From Casimicrobiaceae bacterium (lineage in GTDB: Bacteria > Pseudomonadota > Gammaproteobacteria > Burkholderiales > Casimicrobiaceae), in assembly GCA_035939595.1 (NCBI GenBank), contig DASZFQ010000119.1, forward strand, positions 705-64,704: a DNA stretch of 64,000 nucleotides, given 5' to 3'. The notes below the pieces were generated by a model. It saw only the letters and a list, made by a program, of their open reading frames with translations. It searched no databases and had not been told where the DNA came from. The translations under genes and the position numbers were made by a program. Shown piece after piece: positions 31,079 through 41,319 of this stretch. How positions within the stretch are numbered: the first letter of the stretch is position 1; the number at the start of each line of letters is the position of its first letter.

Positions 31079-32347
31079 ATGGCGCGCATCAGCCAAGCCG
31101 TAACGTTTCCGGGCGCGGCCGGTTACGCGCTTGCCGCGCGGCTCGACCTGCCGAGGGATATCTCGCCCCACGCATATGTTTTGTTCGCCCATTGCTTCAC
31201 TTGCTCCAAGGATTCGCACGCGGCTAGCTTCATCAGCGAGGCGTTGACCGATGCGGGATTTGCCGTCCTGCGCTTCGATTTCACCGGTCTGGGCGATTCG
31301 GAGGGAGACTTTGCCAACACGACGTTTTCGTCCAACACCGCTGATCTGCTGGCGGCCGCAGCGTGGCTCAGACGCGAGCGCAAAGCGCCGGCGATCCTGG
31401 TCGGTCATAGCCTGGGCGGCGCAGCGGTCCTTGCTGCGGCGGCAAGCGTGCCGGAGTCGGTCGCGGTCGCCACGATCAACGCACCCGCCGATCCCGCTCA
31501 CGTGGCGCATCTATTCGCTGATCGCCGCGACGAAATCGATACGGTGGGCGAGGCCGAGGTCAAGCTCGGGGGTCGCGTATTCCGCATCCGGCGGGAGTTT
31601 CTCGAAGACATCGCCGCGCAAAAACTCACAGCGGCGATTGCGGCGCTGCGGCGCGCGCTGATCGTGTTCCATTCCCCTCGCGACACGATCGTTGGCATCG
31701 ACAACGCCTCGCGCATCTTTCTGGCGGCCAAGCATCCGAAGAGCTTCATCTCGCTCGAGGACGCGGATCATTTGCTGACCCGACGCGTCGATGCACGGTA
31801 CGTCGGAGCAGTGCTCGCCGCATGGGCGAGTCGCTATTTGCCAGCGCAGCCGGCGGATCGCCCAGACGTCCACCCTCCACGCGACACGGTACTGGTGCGC
31901 GAGACTCGCGCCAGCAAGTTTCAGCAGGAGATAAGCGTCGGGCCACACCGGCTGCTGGCGGACGAGCCGACATCAGCCGGCGGCGAGGACAGCGGCCCCT
32001 CACCCTACGATCTGCTGACTGCGGCGCTCGGTGCCTGCACCGCGATGACCTTGCGCCTTTACGCGGATCGGAAGCAGCTACCGCTGGATCGCGTCCGCGT
32101 CACTTTGCGCCATGCCAAGATTCACGCCAACGACTGCAGAGAATGTGAAACCAAGGAGGGGCGCATCGATCGCATCGAGCGGGTAATTGAGCTGGATGGC
32201 CCGCTTGACGAAGCTGCGCGGGAGAAGCTGCTCGAGATTGCCGACAAGTGCCCTGTGCATCGGACGCTGCAAAGCGAGGTGCTTGTTCCGACCCGGTTGG
32301 CGGCGGACGAAGGGACGATACGCGGTGAGACGCCGCCGGCCGAATGA
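31079..32347 (+). CDS. Bifunctional alpha/beta hydrolase - OsmC family protein
   Basis: Nucleophile elbow GHSLGG in the N-terminal half; OsmC-like C-terminal half (GPSPYDLLTAALGACTAMT ... CPVHRTL); AAAGGAG RBS before ATG 31079. Confidence 0.8.
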   Translation: MARISQAVTFPGAAGYALAARLDLPRDISPHAYVLFAHCFTCSKDSHAASFISEALTDAGFAVLRFDFTGLGDSEGDFANTTFSSNTADLLAAAAWLRRERKAPAILVGHSLGGAAVLAAAASVPESVAVATINAPADPAHVAHLFADRRDEIDTVGEAEVKLGGRVFRIRREFLEDIAAQKLTAAIAALRRALIVFHSPRDTIVGIDNASRIFLAAKHPKSFISLEDADHLLTRRVDARYVGAVLAAWASRYLPAQPADRPDVHPPRDTVLVRETRASKFQQEISVGPHRLLADEPTSAGGEDSGPSPYDLLTAALGACTAMTLRLYADRKQLPLDRVRVTLRHAKIHANDCRECETKEGRIDRIERVIELDGPLDEAAREKLLEIADKCPVHRTLQSEVLVPTRLAADEGTIRGETPPAE

Positions 32348-32353
32348 CCCCGA

Positions 32354-32998
32354 TTAACGCGCGCGCTCGCTCGCGGCGAGCACGGTGCACAGGGCGAGGC
32401 CGATGAACGCGCCACCACTGAGATAGCGTGCCATCGCCCGGACGCGCCACGCCCGACCGAGGACAGGCCCCAACCTGGCAGCCGAGAGGGCATAGGCACT
32501 GTCCGTGACCGCGGCGATTGCGACGAACATCGACCCGAGCGCGATGCTCTGAACCAATGACGCGGTTTCGGTACTCATGAACTGTGGCAGAAAGGCTGCG
32601 AAAAAGATCGTGGTCTTCGGATTGAGCAAGGCAACGACGAAGCCATCGCGAAATACCCTGCGCAGTTGCGCCGGCGCGGCGTACCGGGTTGCGCCGTTCG
32701 GGTCGGAGGCGCGCAGCGCCTGAACGCCGAGGTAGACCAGGTACAGGGCGCCGGCATACTTGACCACGGTGAAGGCGAGCGACGAGACGGTGAACAGGGC
32801 CGCAAGCCCAACCGACGCGCCGATTGCATTGCCGAGATTCCCCATGGCCACGCCAGCCACCGAAGCAAGGCCATGACGCCGGCCCTGGGCAGCACTGCGC
32901 GTGACGATATAGAACACGCCCGGCCCGGGCGTGATAGCGAGGATGAGGCTCGCGACCAGGAAGGCCGACAGCAACGGCCAGCTAGGAAAAAGGTGCAT
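32354..32998 (-). CDS. LysE/RhtB family amino-acid translocator
   Basis: About 210 aa with six hydrophobic segments; N-terminal LAITPGPGVFYIV motif. Confidence 0.85.
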   Translation of the reverse strand: MHLFPSWPLLSAFLVASLILAITPGPGVFYIVTRSAAQGRRHGLASVAGVAMGNLGNAIGASVGLAALFTVSSLAFTVVKYAGALYLVYLGVQALRASDPNGATRYAAPAQLRRVFRDGFVVALLNPKTTIFFAAFLPQFMSTETASLVQSIALGSMFVAIAAVTDSAYALSAARLGPVLGRAWRVRAMARYLSGGAFIGLALCTVLAASERAR

Positions 32999-33135
32999 GG
33001 TGAGTTTTCGCGCACCTACCCATCACGAAGCATCCGGCTTGTCGCTCGAGCCAGTCGCACCCAGCCAAGGCGAACCGCGGCCCCGGCCACGTATCCCGAT
33101 GGCAGGACGAAGCTCCCTCACTCTACGAACCGGCC

Positions 33136-34467
33136 CTAAACTTTCATCGACTGGGCTTCATCCTCGGTCAATTCGCCCTGCCGCCGCGTGTCCGGCATGA
33201 CGATCGCGGCGATGAGTGCAATGCCGCACATTACGGTCACGTACCAGAAGAATAACGATTCGTATCCGAGCGACTTGAACTTGAGCGCGACGTATTCGGC
33301 ACTGCCACCGAAGATTGCGTTCGCGATCGCATACGAGAGCCCGACCCCGAGCGCACGGACGTGCATCGGAAAGAGCTCCGCCTTTACCAACCCACTGATC
33401 GAGGTGTAGAAGCTCACGCCGGCTAGCGCCAGAATCACCAGGCCGAACGCAACGTAGGGATCGGTGACATGCGCCAGTGCGCTGAGAATGGGCACGGTGC
33501 CGAGCACCGTGAGCACGCCGAAGCAGAGCATTGAATTGCGTCGGCCGATTTTGTCCGACAGCGCGCCGAATGCCGGCTGCAACAGCATGTAGCAGAACAG
33601 CACCGCGGTCATGACCGCGCTCGCAGTCCGGGCGTCCATCTTCGCGGTGTTGACAAGATATTTCTGCATATAAGTGGTAAACGTGTAGAAAATCAGCGAG
33701 CCGCCTGCGGTGAATCCGAGCACCGTCAGGAATGAGCGCAGATAGCGGAATACCCCCCTGAGCGTTCCCGCGTCTTTCTGCCTTCGGACCTTGTCTGATG
33801 TTGTCTCGGTAAGTGACCGGCGGAGGAAGAAGGCGACAACCGCGGCAAGTGCGCCAATCGCGAACGGAATGCGCCAGCCCCAGGCCTTAAGCTCGGCGTT
33901 GGTGAGGTACTGCTGCAGGATCACCAGCACCAGAACGGCGAGCAATTGGCCGCCAATGAGCGTCACATACTGGAACGACGCGTAGAATCCTCGATGCCGG
34001 TGGACAGCGACCTCGCTCATGTACGTTGCGCTGGTGCCGTACTCGCCGCCGACTGATATACCCTGTACCAATCGCGCGACCAGCAGCAAGGCTGGTGCGG
34101 CCACGCCGATGCTGGCGTAGGTCGGTAGCACCGCCACCAGGAGTGACCCTGCGCACATCATGACCACGGCGATCATCATCGAGATGCGCCGACCATGCTT
34201 GTCGGCGACTCGGCCGAAGAACCAACTGCCGACCGGGCGCATCAGAAAACCCGCGGCGAAGATACCCGCCGCATTGAGAAGTTGCGACGTCTGATCGCCG
34301 GCAGGGAAGAATTCGGACGCGAAGTAGAGCGCGGTGAACGAATAGACGTAAAAATCGTACCATTCGACGAGATTTCCGGACGACCCACCGACGATCGCCC
34401 AAATGCGTCGGCGCGTTTCGGTTGCGCCGATGCCGTGAACGTGATGAGTATGCGTAGTAGTTGTCAT
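33136..34467 (-). CDS. kgtP: Alpha-ketoglutarate permease-like MFS transporter
   Basis: Colinear with E. coli KgtP as I recall it ([26 protein letters not shown]..., [14 protein letters not shown]..., [16 protein letters not shown]...). Confidence 0.88.
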   Translation of the reverse strand: MTTTTHTHHVHGIGATETRRRIWAIVGGSSGNLVEWYDFYVYSFTALYFASEFFPAGDQTSQLLNAAGIFAAGFLMRPVGSWFFGRVADKHGRRISMMIAVVMMCAGSLLVAVLPTYASIGVAAPALLLVARLVQGISVGGEYGTSATYMSEVAVHRHRGFYASFQYVTLIGGQLLAVLVLVILQQYLTNAELKAWGWRIPFAIGALAAVVAFFLRRSLTETTSDKVRRQKDAGTLRGVFRYLRSFLTVLGFTAGGSLIFYTFTTYMQKYLVNTAKMDARTASAVMTAVLFCYMLLQPAFGALSDKIGRRNSMLCFGVLTVLGTVPILSALAHVTDPYVAFGLVILALAGVSFYTSISGLVKAELFPMHVRALGVGLSYAIANAIFGGSAEYVALKFKSLGYESLFFWYVTVMCGIALIAAIVMPDTRRQGELTEDEAQSMKV

Positions 34468-34501
34468 GTCCCAGCCTAGTAGCTTGAGTGCGTCCGTCTA
34501 G

Positions 34502-34615
34502 TCATTCGGCGAGCTTGGAGTCGCGCGTGCCGAGCATGATCTCGTAACCGCGCGCGATGTAGCCACCGGACAGCGCTTTGGCCACGTCGCCGGATCCCAG
34601 GATACCCACTTTCAT
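34502..34615 (-). pseudogene. Truncated N-terminal remnant (37 codons) of an NAD(P)-binding Rossmann oxidoreductase (NADPH-dependent F420 reductase-like family)
   Basis: Not in the ORF track (under 60 aa). GGAGG RBS + ATG + MKVGILGSGDVAKALSGGYIARGYEIMLGTRDSKLAE then stop. GxGxxG dinucleotide-binding start with no remainder of the domain. Confidence 0.45.
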
Positions 34616-34802
34616 GACGATTTTCCTCCAGTGAGGCGGCTCCGCCACGACGCTATCCGGAGGTAATGCTGGGTCGCGCAGCGGATGCGAGCGCCATCAT
34701 GGCATTGTCACAGTACCGCGGCAATGTTGCGACGCGCAGCCACGAGACGCATAATCGGCCGGCTTGAGATCTTGCTGGCACCGGGCTTCGACGGCGGAGC
34801 AG

Positions 34803-36506
34803 ATGCAATTACACGACCTCATTCTGATCGTCATCTCCAGTCCCTGGCTGATGTCGGTCCCGATCGCGGCTGCGGCGCCAGCTACCGAGACACCGATCAA
34901 GCACCTGATTGTCGTGGTCGGCGAGAACATCAGCTTCGATTGCCTGTTTGCGACCTACGAGCCGCCACCCGGTAACACGATCGCCAACCTCCTTTCGCGC
35001 GATATCGTCGACAGGGAAGGACAGCCAGGGCCGCGCTTCGCTGAGGCGTTGCAACACAGAGCGAACGTCCGCGATCGCTTTGCAATCACTCCGCCGACCA
35101 GCGGCGCATTCGCCACCTTGCCGCAGCCGGGCACGACATACGCCAAGGGCCTTTCGAGCTACGTGCGCGATACACGGTTTCCCAGCGACCTCCCCAACGG
35201 CCCGTATCGAATCACGCGTTATGTGGCCTACGACGCACCGGTTGGCGACCCGGTGCATCGTTTTTTCCAGATGTGGCAGCAGATCGACGGCGGCAAGATG
35301 GACCTGTTCACTTGGGTTGCCGTTAGCTCGGGCGAGGGCTCCCGCACACCCGACGATCCATCATCGGACACGAATCAGGGTGGCGAGGCGATGGGGTTCT
35401 ACAGCATGAGTAGCGGCGACGCACCGTATTTCCGCGAACTCGCGCGCACGTACGCGCTCGCCGACAATTACCATCAACCGATCATGGGCGGAACGGGTCC
35501 CAATTTCCTGGCGCTCAGCACCGGTTACGCGGGGATGTATCTTGATGCCGGCAAGCCGGCGCCCCCGCCCACAGATCAGATTGAGGATCCTGATCCGCGT
35601 CCGGGTACCAACAACTGGTACCAGCGGTCGGGGTATGGCAGAGGCTCCTACACGGCGTGCGCGGATCCAGGTCAGCCTGGCGTCAGGGCAATCCGGGACT
35701 ACCTGGCGACCCTCCCGTATCGAACATTCAACGACGGCAATTGCGCCGCCGCCACCTATTATCTGGTGAACAATCGCAATCCCGCCTACGCCTTCGACGG
35801 TACGCCGCAGGCACGCGGCCCGGGCACGAACTTCCTCTCACCACAGACCGCACCGAATATCGCTACCGCGCTGTCGGCAACGGGCGTGTCGTGGAGGTGG
35901 TACAGCGGGGGGCGCACTGCGACGGGCATCGACAGGAGTCGCTACTGTCCCATCTGCGATCCGTTGACGCATTCGACCCCGGTGATGATCAGTACACTGC
36001 GCGACAATCTGCAGGGCGTGGATGCTTTCTTCCGCGACCTCACGGACGAGAAAGCATTGCCCGCCGTTTCGTTCGTGATTCCTCCGAATTCTGAATCCGG
36101 TCATCCGGCGTATTCGACGGTCTACGCGTTGGAACGGTTCGTCAAGAAAGTCGTTTCCAGGGTTCAGGCTAACGCTGACGTCTGGAATAAGTCCGCGATT
36201 CTGATCACCACCGACGAAGGCGGCGGTTATTACGACAGCGGTTACATTCAAATCCTCGATTTTTTCGGTGACGGTACGCGGATTCCGCTGCTGGCCGTGT
36301 CGCCATTTGCGCAGAAGGGCCACGTCGATCACACCTACTATGATCACGTGTCAGTACTGAAATTCATCGAACGCAATTGGCATCTTCCGCCGCTGTCGCA
36401 GCGTAGCCGCGACCGCCTTCCCAATCCGGTGATGAGTGAGGTCGATCCGTATGTGCCGTCCAACCGCCCCGCCATCGGTGATCTGATGAACCTGTTCCGG
36501 TTCTGA
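34803..36506 (+). CDS. Secreted phosphoesterase family protein (phospholipase C / AcpA acid phosphatase family)
   Basis: Signal-like N-terminus then IKHLIVVVGENISFDCLFATY, typical of the phosphoesterase family; alternative start at 34764. Confidence 0.8.
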   Translation: MQLHDLILIVISSPWLMSVPIAAAAPATETPIKHLIVVVGENISFDCLFATYEPPPGNTIANLLSRDIVDREGQPGPRFAEALQHRANVRDRFAITPPTSGAFATLPQPGTTYAKGLSSYVRDTRFPSDLPNGPYRITRYVAYDAPVGDPVHRFFQMWQQIDGGKMDLFTWVAVSSGEGSRTPDDPSSDTNQGGEAMGFYSMSSGDAPYFRELARTYALADNYHQPIMGGTGPNFLALSTGYAGMYLDAGKPAPPPTDQIEDPDPRPGTNNWYQRSGYGRGSYTACADPGQPGVRAIRDYLATLPYRTFNDGNCAAATYYLVNNRNPAYAFDGTPQARGPGTNFLSPQTAPNIATALSATGVSWRWYSGGRTATGIDRSRYCPICDPLTHSTPVMISTLRDNLQGVDAFFRDLTDEKALPAVSFVIPPNSESGHPAYSTVYALERFVKKVVSRVQANADVWNKSAILITTDEGGGYYDSGYIQILDFFGDGTRIPLLAVSPFAQKGHVDHTYYDHVSVLKFIERNWHLPPLSQRSRDRLPNPVMSEVDPYVPSNRPAIGDLMNLFRF

Positions 36507-36536
36507 GCCCGAGGGGTTTGAGGCCGGGACACCTAT

Positions 36537-37625
36537 TCAATCGCGCACCGAAGGTAGACGCGCTCTGTTGCGCAGCCGCACGGCCGCGGCAAGTTCCTGC
36601 AGCACCAGAGTCGTGGTGTCCCAGCCAATGCAGGCATCGGTCACGCTTTGGCCGTAGCGCAGTCCGTGACGACCCTGTTGGATGTCCTGCCGTCCCTCAA
36701 TGAGATGGCTTTCGAGCATGATGGCGCAGATTGCCGGCGTGCCACCCGCAATCTGGCCGGCCACATCCGCGGCCACGGCCGGCTGGCGGCGGTGATCGCC
36801 GCCGCTGTTGCCGTGACTGCAATCGATCATGAGGTGCGGCGGCAGGCCCGCTTTTTCCAGTGCCGAACTCGCTTCGCGCACAGAGTTGGCGTGGTAATTC
36901 GGCCCGTCGCGACTGCCCCGAAGGACCAGATGGCAATGCGGATTGCCGGTCGTAGTGACGATGATGGCGCGGCCGGCGACCGAAATCGACGGAAACTTGT
37001 GCGGTTGCGCCGCGGCAAGGATGGCGTCGACCGCGGTTTGGATGTTGCCGCTGGTCGGGTTCTTGAATCCGACCGGGGCCGAGAGCGCGGACGCCATTTG
37101 CCGGTGTAGCGGGCTTTCGGTGGTGCGCGCGCCGATCGCGCCCCAGGCCAGCAGGTCGGCGTAATATTGAGGCGTCACCAGGTCGAGAATCTCCGAGCCT
37201 GCCGGAACCCCGATGCGCGCGCAGTCCAGCAGCAGGCGGCGGGCGTCGTAGAGGCCTTGGCGGATGTTGCCGCGACCGTCTAGATCCGGATCGTAGATGA
37301 GGCCCTTCCAGCCCAGACGGGTCCGGGGTTTCTCGAAATAAACGCGCATGATGAGGAAAAGGGCGTCCGCCACGCGCGGCGCGAACTCGCGCAGGCGTTG
37401 CGCGTAGTCGAGCGCCGATTGCGGCTCGTGTATCGAGCACGGTCCGGTCACCACGAGCAAGCGGTCATCGCGGCCACTGATGATCTCCTGCACAACGTGG
37501 CGCGAAGCCGCGATTTGACTGGCTTCGTCTTCGCCTGCACGCACCTCGGCATGCAGCTCGCTTGGCGCAGGCAGTGCCTCTTCGAGCGCGATATGGAGAT
37601 CGGAAATTCGCGTAGGCATGAACAC
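36537..37625 (-). CDS. aroG: 3-deoxy-7-phosphoheptulonate (DAHP) synthase, class I-alpha
   Basis: Colinear with E. coli AroG/F/H (DDRLLVVTGPCSIH, RVYFEKPRT..GWKGLI.DP, GAIGARTTES, ITDACIGW). The feedback isozyme type cannot be assigned. Confidence 0.92.
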   Translation of the reverse strand: MFMPTRISDLHIALEEALPAPSELHAEVRAGEDEASQIAASRHVVQEIISGRDDRLLVVTGPCSIHEPQSALDYAQRLREFAPRVADALFLIMRVYFEKPRTRLGWKGLIYDPDLDGRGNIRQGLYDARRLLLDCARIGVPAGSEILDLVTPQYYADLLAWGAIGARTTESPLHRQMASALSAPVGFKNPTSGNIQTAVDAILAAAQPHKFPSISVAGRAIIVTTTGNPHCHLVLRGSRDGPNYHANSVREASSALEKAGLPPHLMIDCSHGNSGGDHRRQPAVAADVAGQIAGGTPAICAIMLESHLIEGRQDIQQGRHGLRYGQSVTDACIGWDTTTLVLQELAAAVRLRNRARLPSVRD

Positions 37626-37813
37626 GCCGTTACTTTAAAAAGCGGATGAGCTTGCGTGCGCCCTTCGGGACCTCGTAGCGAGCGGTGTTCAGTTGCATGG
37701 CTGGCAAGGTGTAATAGCCTGCTGTTCCGGTGGCAGAAGTGCCTTTGTTCACGCCGCGGAAGCCTGTAAGCTTGACCTCGGATTGTTGCCTGCGGATCTA
37801 CGGAATCAAGACC

Positions 37814-38824
37814 ATGCTAGACAGCTCAATCAAGCCGAGTTCGATCGTCAACTATCTCGACCAGTACGTGATCGGGCAGGAGGACGCCAAGAGAACGGTG
37901 GCCGTCGCCGTCTACTCGCATTTCAAGAAAATAGCACGATCGGAGCGAGACAACACGCGGATCGAGAAGAGCAACGTCCTGCTTATCGGGTCCTCCGGGA
38001 CCGGCAAGACGTTACTGTGCGAGACCCTGTCGCGGGTCCTAGGGGTCCCGTTCGTAACCGCGGAAGCGACGTCACTGGCGCAAACACGCTACGTCAACGA
38101 GGAGATCGAAGCCGTCCTCCGACGCCTCGTCGACAAGGCAGACGGCGATATCGGCAGGGCTCAAAACGGGATCGTCTATATCGATGAAATAGACAAACTC
38201 AGGGCCAGCGACGGCGAGAGGCGGAGCAGTTCAGGGGAAAGCGTTCAGCACGCGCTGCTGAAAATCATGGAAGGCGCGCCGGTCCGACTGGGCACCTCAC
38301 AATACCTTGATACGACCAACGTGCTTTTCATTTGCGGCGGCGCGTTTGTCGGCCTGGACGAAATCATGGCGCAGACGCATGGCTACGGCTTCATCGCCAT
38401 GTCGAAAGAAGACAATCAGAAGATTCTGGACCGACTCAACTCGCGCGTAAAACCGACCGACCTGTTTACCTATGGCTTGATTCCCGAATTCACCGGAAGG
38501 CTGCCGATCGTCGCCCACTTCCGCGACCTCAGCCGCAAAATGCTGGTTCGAATCATGACCGAGCCGAAAAACTCCATCTACAACCAGTTTCGGGAGCTGT
38601 TCCAGAACGAAGGCGTCGAGCTGACGGTCGAAGCGCTGGTATTCGAGCAGATTTCCGAGATCGCCTTCGAGTACAAGACCGGCGCGCGCAGCCTGAGGGG
38701 GATTTTCGAGGAGCTGATCACGCCCATTCTGTATGTGATTCCCGATCAGCCCGACATCCAAAAAGTGGTCATAACCTCGTTGTTCACTGCACCCGCCTTG
38801 ACGAGGAAAGCCCGCACTTCCTAG
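37814..38824 (+). CDS. ClpX-like AAA+ ATPase lacking the N-terminal zinc-binding domain
   Basis: Colinear with the ClpX AAA+ body (YVIGQEDAKRTVAVAVYSH, Walker A GSSGTGKT, Walker B IVYIDEIDK, GLIPEF.GRLP, sensor-2 GARSLR). Alternative GTG start at 37730 adds 28 aa without a Cys4 cluster. Confidence 0.8.
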   Translation: MLDSSIKPSSIVNYLDQYVIGQEDAKRTVAVAVYSHFKKIARSERDNTRIEKSNVLLIGSSGTGKTLLCETLSRVLGVPFVTAEATSLAQTRYVNEEIEAVLRRLVDKADGDIGRAQNGIVYIDEIDKLRASDGERRSSSGESVQHALLKIMEGAPVRLGTSQYLDTTNVLFICGGAFVGLDEIMAQTHGYGFIAMSKEDNQKILDRLNSRVKPTDLFTYGLIPEFTGRLPIVAHFRDLSRKMLVRIMTEPKNSIYNQFRELFQNEGVELTVEALVFEQISEIAFEYKTGARSLRGIFEELITPILYVIPDQPDIQKVVITSLFTAPALTRKARTS

Positions 38825-38846
38825 GCGAATCGGTGCACCATGGGGC

Positions 38847-39554
38847 TTAGGCGCCCAGGAGTCGATCGGCGAGCGCCGTCAGGCTTGCCGCCGCAAGGTC
38901 GACCGGCACGCTCGCCGCGCGTTCGCCCTTGCCTGCACCATACTCATTCGGACGGGCGATAAAGGCGGTGCGAAATCCCAATGCGGCAGCGGCGGCAAGA
39001 TCGTACGAATGCGCCGCGACCATCATGGTCTGCGCGGGCGCGCAGTCGAACGCGGCTGCCGCCGAGAGATAGACGACCGGCTTGGGCTTGTAGTCGCGCG
39101 CGACTTCAGCGCCAAGAATGGCGTCCCAGATCAGCCCGTTGCGTCGGGCAAGATCGACCATAATCGAGATGTTGCCGTTGGAGCATGGCGCCAGGAGGTA
39201 CTTGGTGCGCAATCGTGCCAAGCCGGGCGCCGTATCGGGCCAGGCATCCAGGCGGTGCCACGCGCGAGTGAGTTCGGCGCGCGCGGAGTCTTCGAGTGCA
39301 TCGAGACCGAACTGTTCGAGAGTCAGGTCGAGATTCCGCCGATGTAGCACATCAAGCGTGGTGAATGGCGACCGGCTACTACGTACCTCATCCATCGCGG
39401 GCTGGTAGTGGCTATGCCAGGCATCGGCGAATTTCTCCCAATCGATGGCGACGCCGAGCGGGGAGAGAATGGCCCGCGTTTCCCTGACGATTGAGCCGCG
39501 CCAGTCAACCAGGGTACCGAAGACATCGAAGACCAGAGCCTTGACCCGTTCCAT
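38847..39554 (-). CDS. Haloacid dehalogenase type II (HAD superfamily)
   Basis: Motif I LVFDVFGTLVDW and HAD type II-like length and pattern. Confidence 0.8.
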   Translation of the reverse strand: MERVKALVFDVFGTLVDWRGSIVRETRAILSPLGVAIDWEKFADAWHSHYQPAMDEVRSSRSPFTTLDVLHRRNLDLTLEQFGLDALEDSARAELTRAWHRLDAWPDTAPGLARLRTKYLLAPCSNGNISIMVDLARRNGLIWDAILGAEVARDYKPKPVVYLSAAAAFDCAPAQTMMVAAHSYDLAAAAALGFRTAFIARPNEYGAGKGERAASVPVDLAAASLTALADRLLGA

Positions 39555-39581
39555 GGGTTTCTCCCTTCGGGATTGCTATTG

Positions 39582-39610
39582 TTGCACTCCCTGCGCCCCG
39601 GGCGTATTAT
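39582..39610 (+). promoter_or_regulatory. Sigma70-like promoter upstream of the secreted protein gene
   Basis: TTGCAC (39582-39587), 17-nt spacer, TATTAT (39605-39610); about 55 nt upstream of ATG 39666. Confidence 0.35.
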
Positions 39611-39665
39611 GACAAAAGCATATTTCGGCGGCGCGCGCCCGTCCCGGTCTCCGCGTCCTATATTC

Positions 39666-41306
39666 ATGCGTTCCAACCTCGGCCAATTGTCGTTCGCGCT
39701 CGTACTGGGCCTTCTGGTGGCCCCCGTTGCGCTCGCCCAATGCCCGGCGTCGGTACCGGTCGAAGGGGTCGCGCCAACGGTTCCGTTGCCACTTTTCCCG
39801 GCCGACAACTGGTGGAATCAGGACATTTCCTTGGCCCCCGTGGATACGAACTCGGCCAACTACATCGCCTTCATCAATAACGGGGGGACCCGGACTTTGC
39901 ACCCGGATTTCGGAGGCGAGGTTTCACCGGGCAGCGTGGCCATCTACGGTATGCCCTACGCCATCGTTGACGGGTCGCAGCCGAAGCAGGCGGTTACTTT
40001 CGTCTATTGGAGCGAGAGCGACGGCGTCGATTACGCGAAGGGACAAGGGATTCCCTTCTACCCGATTCCATCGCCTGCCATCGGTCAGCCGCACTGGATC
40101 GAAGGCGGCGCACCAGGCAATGTCGACTTGCGCAACCAAGAGGATCGCCACCTGCTGATCATTGACTGCACCAACAATTACCTCTACGAACTCTACAACG
40201 TCTACTATGACTCGCGTCAGTCACAGTGGTATGGCGGTTCCGGCGCATTTTTCAACATGAATACGAACGACCGCCGGCCCGAGGGGTGGACTTCGGCCGA
40301 TGCAGCCGGGCTGGCGATTCTTCCGGGTCTCATCCGTTACGACGAAGCTTGGAATCCGTCCGTCACGGATATCGGCCACGCGTTTCGGGTCACCGTCCGG
40401 GCGACCAACGGCTACGTCTATCCTGCTTCGCACCAAGCCGGATCGACCGCGGGCGCACTTCCAATGGGCGCGCGGTTGCGCCTGAAGACGGACGTGGGCG
40501 GACTCGATCCGGCCCTGCGCACGAGCGATCCCAACGTCCAGAAAATATTCCGTGCGATGCAGAAGTACGGTCTCATTGTTGCCGACAACGGCACGGATAT
40601 GTACATCACCGGCACGTTCGACACGCGCTGGGACAATGACATCCTGAACCCGGCATTCGCGCGGCTGAGCGCAAGTGACTTCGATGTCGTTCAGCTCGGA
40701 TGGCAACCCACCGCCGGGACGGCTGCACTTCTTTTCCTGGGGGCGAGTCCAAGTACCGTCGTCGGTGGGAACCCGTCGACCGGCAACGCGACCCTGACCT
40801 CTGCCGCGCCCACCGGCGGCGCAGTGGTTTCCCTGTCGAGCGCCAGCGGCGCGGTTTCCGTGCCGGCCAGCGTAACTGTGGGCGCCGGAGCTACCTCGGC
40901 ATCATTTGGCATCACGACCTCCGCCGTCGCTGTCCAGACCCTGACGACGCTTTCGGCCTCGTATAACGGCGTCACGAAAACGACCACCGTCACGACAAAC
41001 CCCGCTCCTCCGACGGCAGCCCTCGCTGCGCTCTTGCTCAAGCCTACGAGCGTCAGGGGCGGTACGACGGCGACCGGGACGGCAACCCTCACGCGGCCAG
41101 CCCCCAGCGGGGGTGCCAGCGTCGTGCTCAGCAGTTCGAGTCCTGCTTTGGCTTCCGTGCCTGCTAACATTGTGGTGCCGGCGGGCAAGACTTCAGCCGC
41201 GTTCGTAATCGCCACCACCAAGCCGCAGAAGGGCACCGTCGTGACAATCTCAGCCACCTATGCGGGCGCCAAGGTGAGCGCCAGCATGATGGTGAAGAGG
41301 CAGTAA
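39666..41306 (+). CDS. Secreted conserved hypothetical protein with two C-terminal Ig-like repeats
   Basis: Signal peptide [25 protein letters not shown]; an N-terminal domain of about 350 aa that I cannot name; two homologous C-terminal modules of about 95 aa. Confidence 0.65.
   Translation: MRSNLGQLSFALVLGLLVAPVALAQCPASVPVEGVAPTVPLPLFPADNWWNQDISLAPVDTNSANYIAFINNGGTRTLHPDFGGEVSPGSVAIYGMPYAIVDGSQPKQAVTFVYWSESDGVDYAKGQGIPFYPIPSPAIGQPHWIEGGAPGNVDLRNQEDRHLLIIDCTNNYLYELYNVYYDSRQSQWYGGSGAFFNMNTNDRRPEGWTSADAAGLAILPGLIRYDEAWNPSVTDIGHAFRVTVRATNGYVYPASHQAGSTAGALPMGARLRLKTDVGGLDPALRTSDPNVQKIFRAMQKYGLIVADNGTDMYITGTFDTRWDNDILNPAFARLSASDFDVVQLGWQPTAGTAALLFLGASPSTVVGGNPSTGNATLTSAAPTGGAVVSLSSASGAVSVPASVTVGAGATSASFGITTSAVAVQTLTTLSASYNGVTKTTTVTTNPAPPTAALAALLLKPTSVRGGTTATGTATLTRPAPSGGASVVLSSSSPALASVPANIVVPAGKTSAAFVIATTKPQKGTVVTISATYAGAKVSASMMVKRQ
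40722..41303 (+). repeat. Tandem duplication of a domain-encoding module of about 290 bp (protein-level repeat)
   Basis: Modules 40722-41015 and 41016-41303 align at protein level: L..SP/T.V.GG...TG.ATLT..AP.GGA.V.LSS.S....VPA...V.AG.TSA.F.I.T......T.SA.Y.G. Confidence 0.6.
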
Positions 41307-41319
41307 CGACGTCGGTGCG

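Noticed and set aside
37690-37730. Sigma54-like element (TGGCTGGCAAGG) and weak sigma70 hexamers in the aroG / clpX-like divergent spacer
   Set aside because: The spacing and the GG/GC dinucleotide positions do not fit the TGGCAC-N5-TTGC consensus. The sigma70 candidates match 3 of 6 positions or fewer, or have the wrong spacing.
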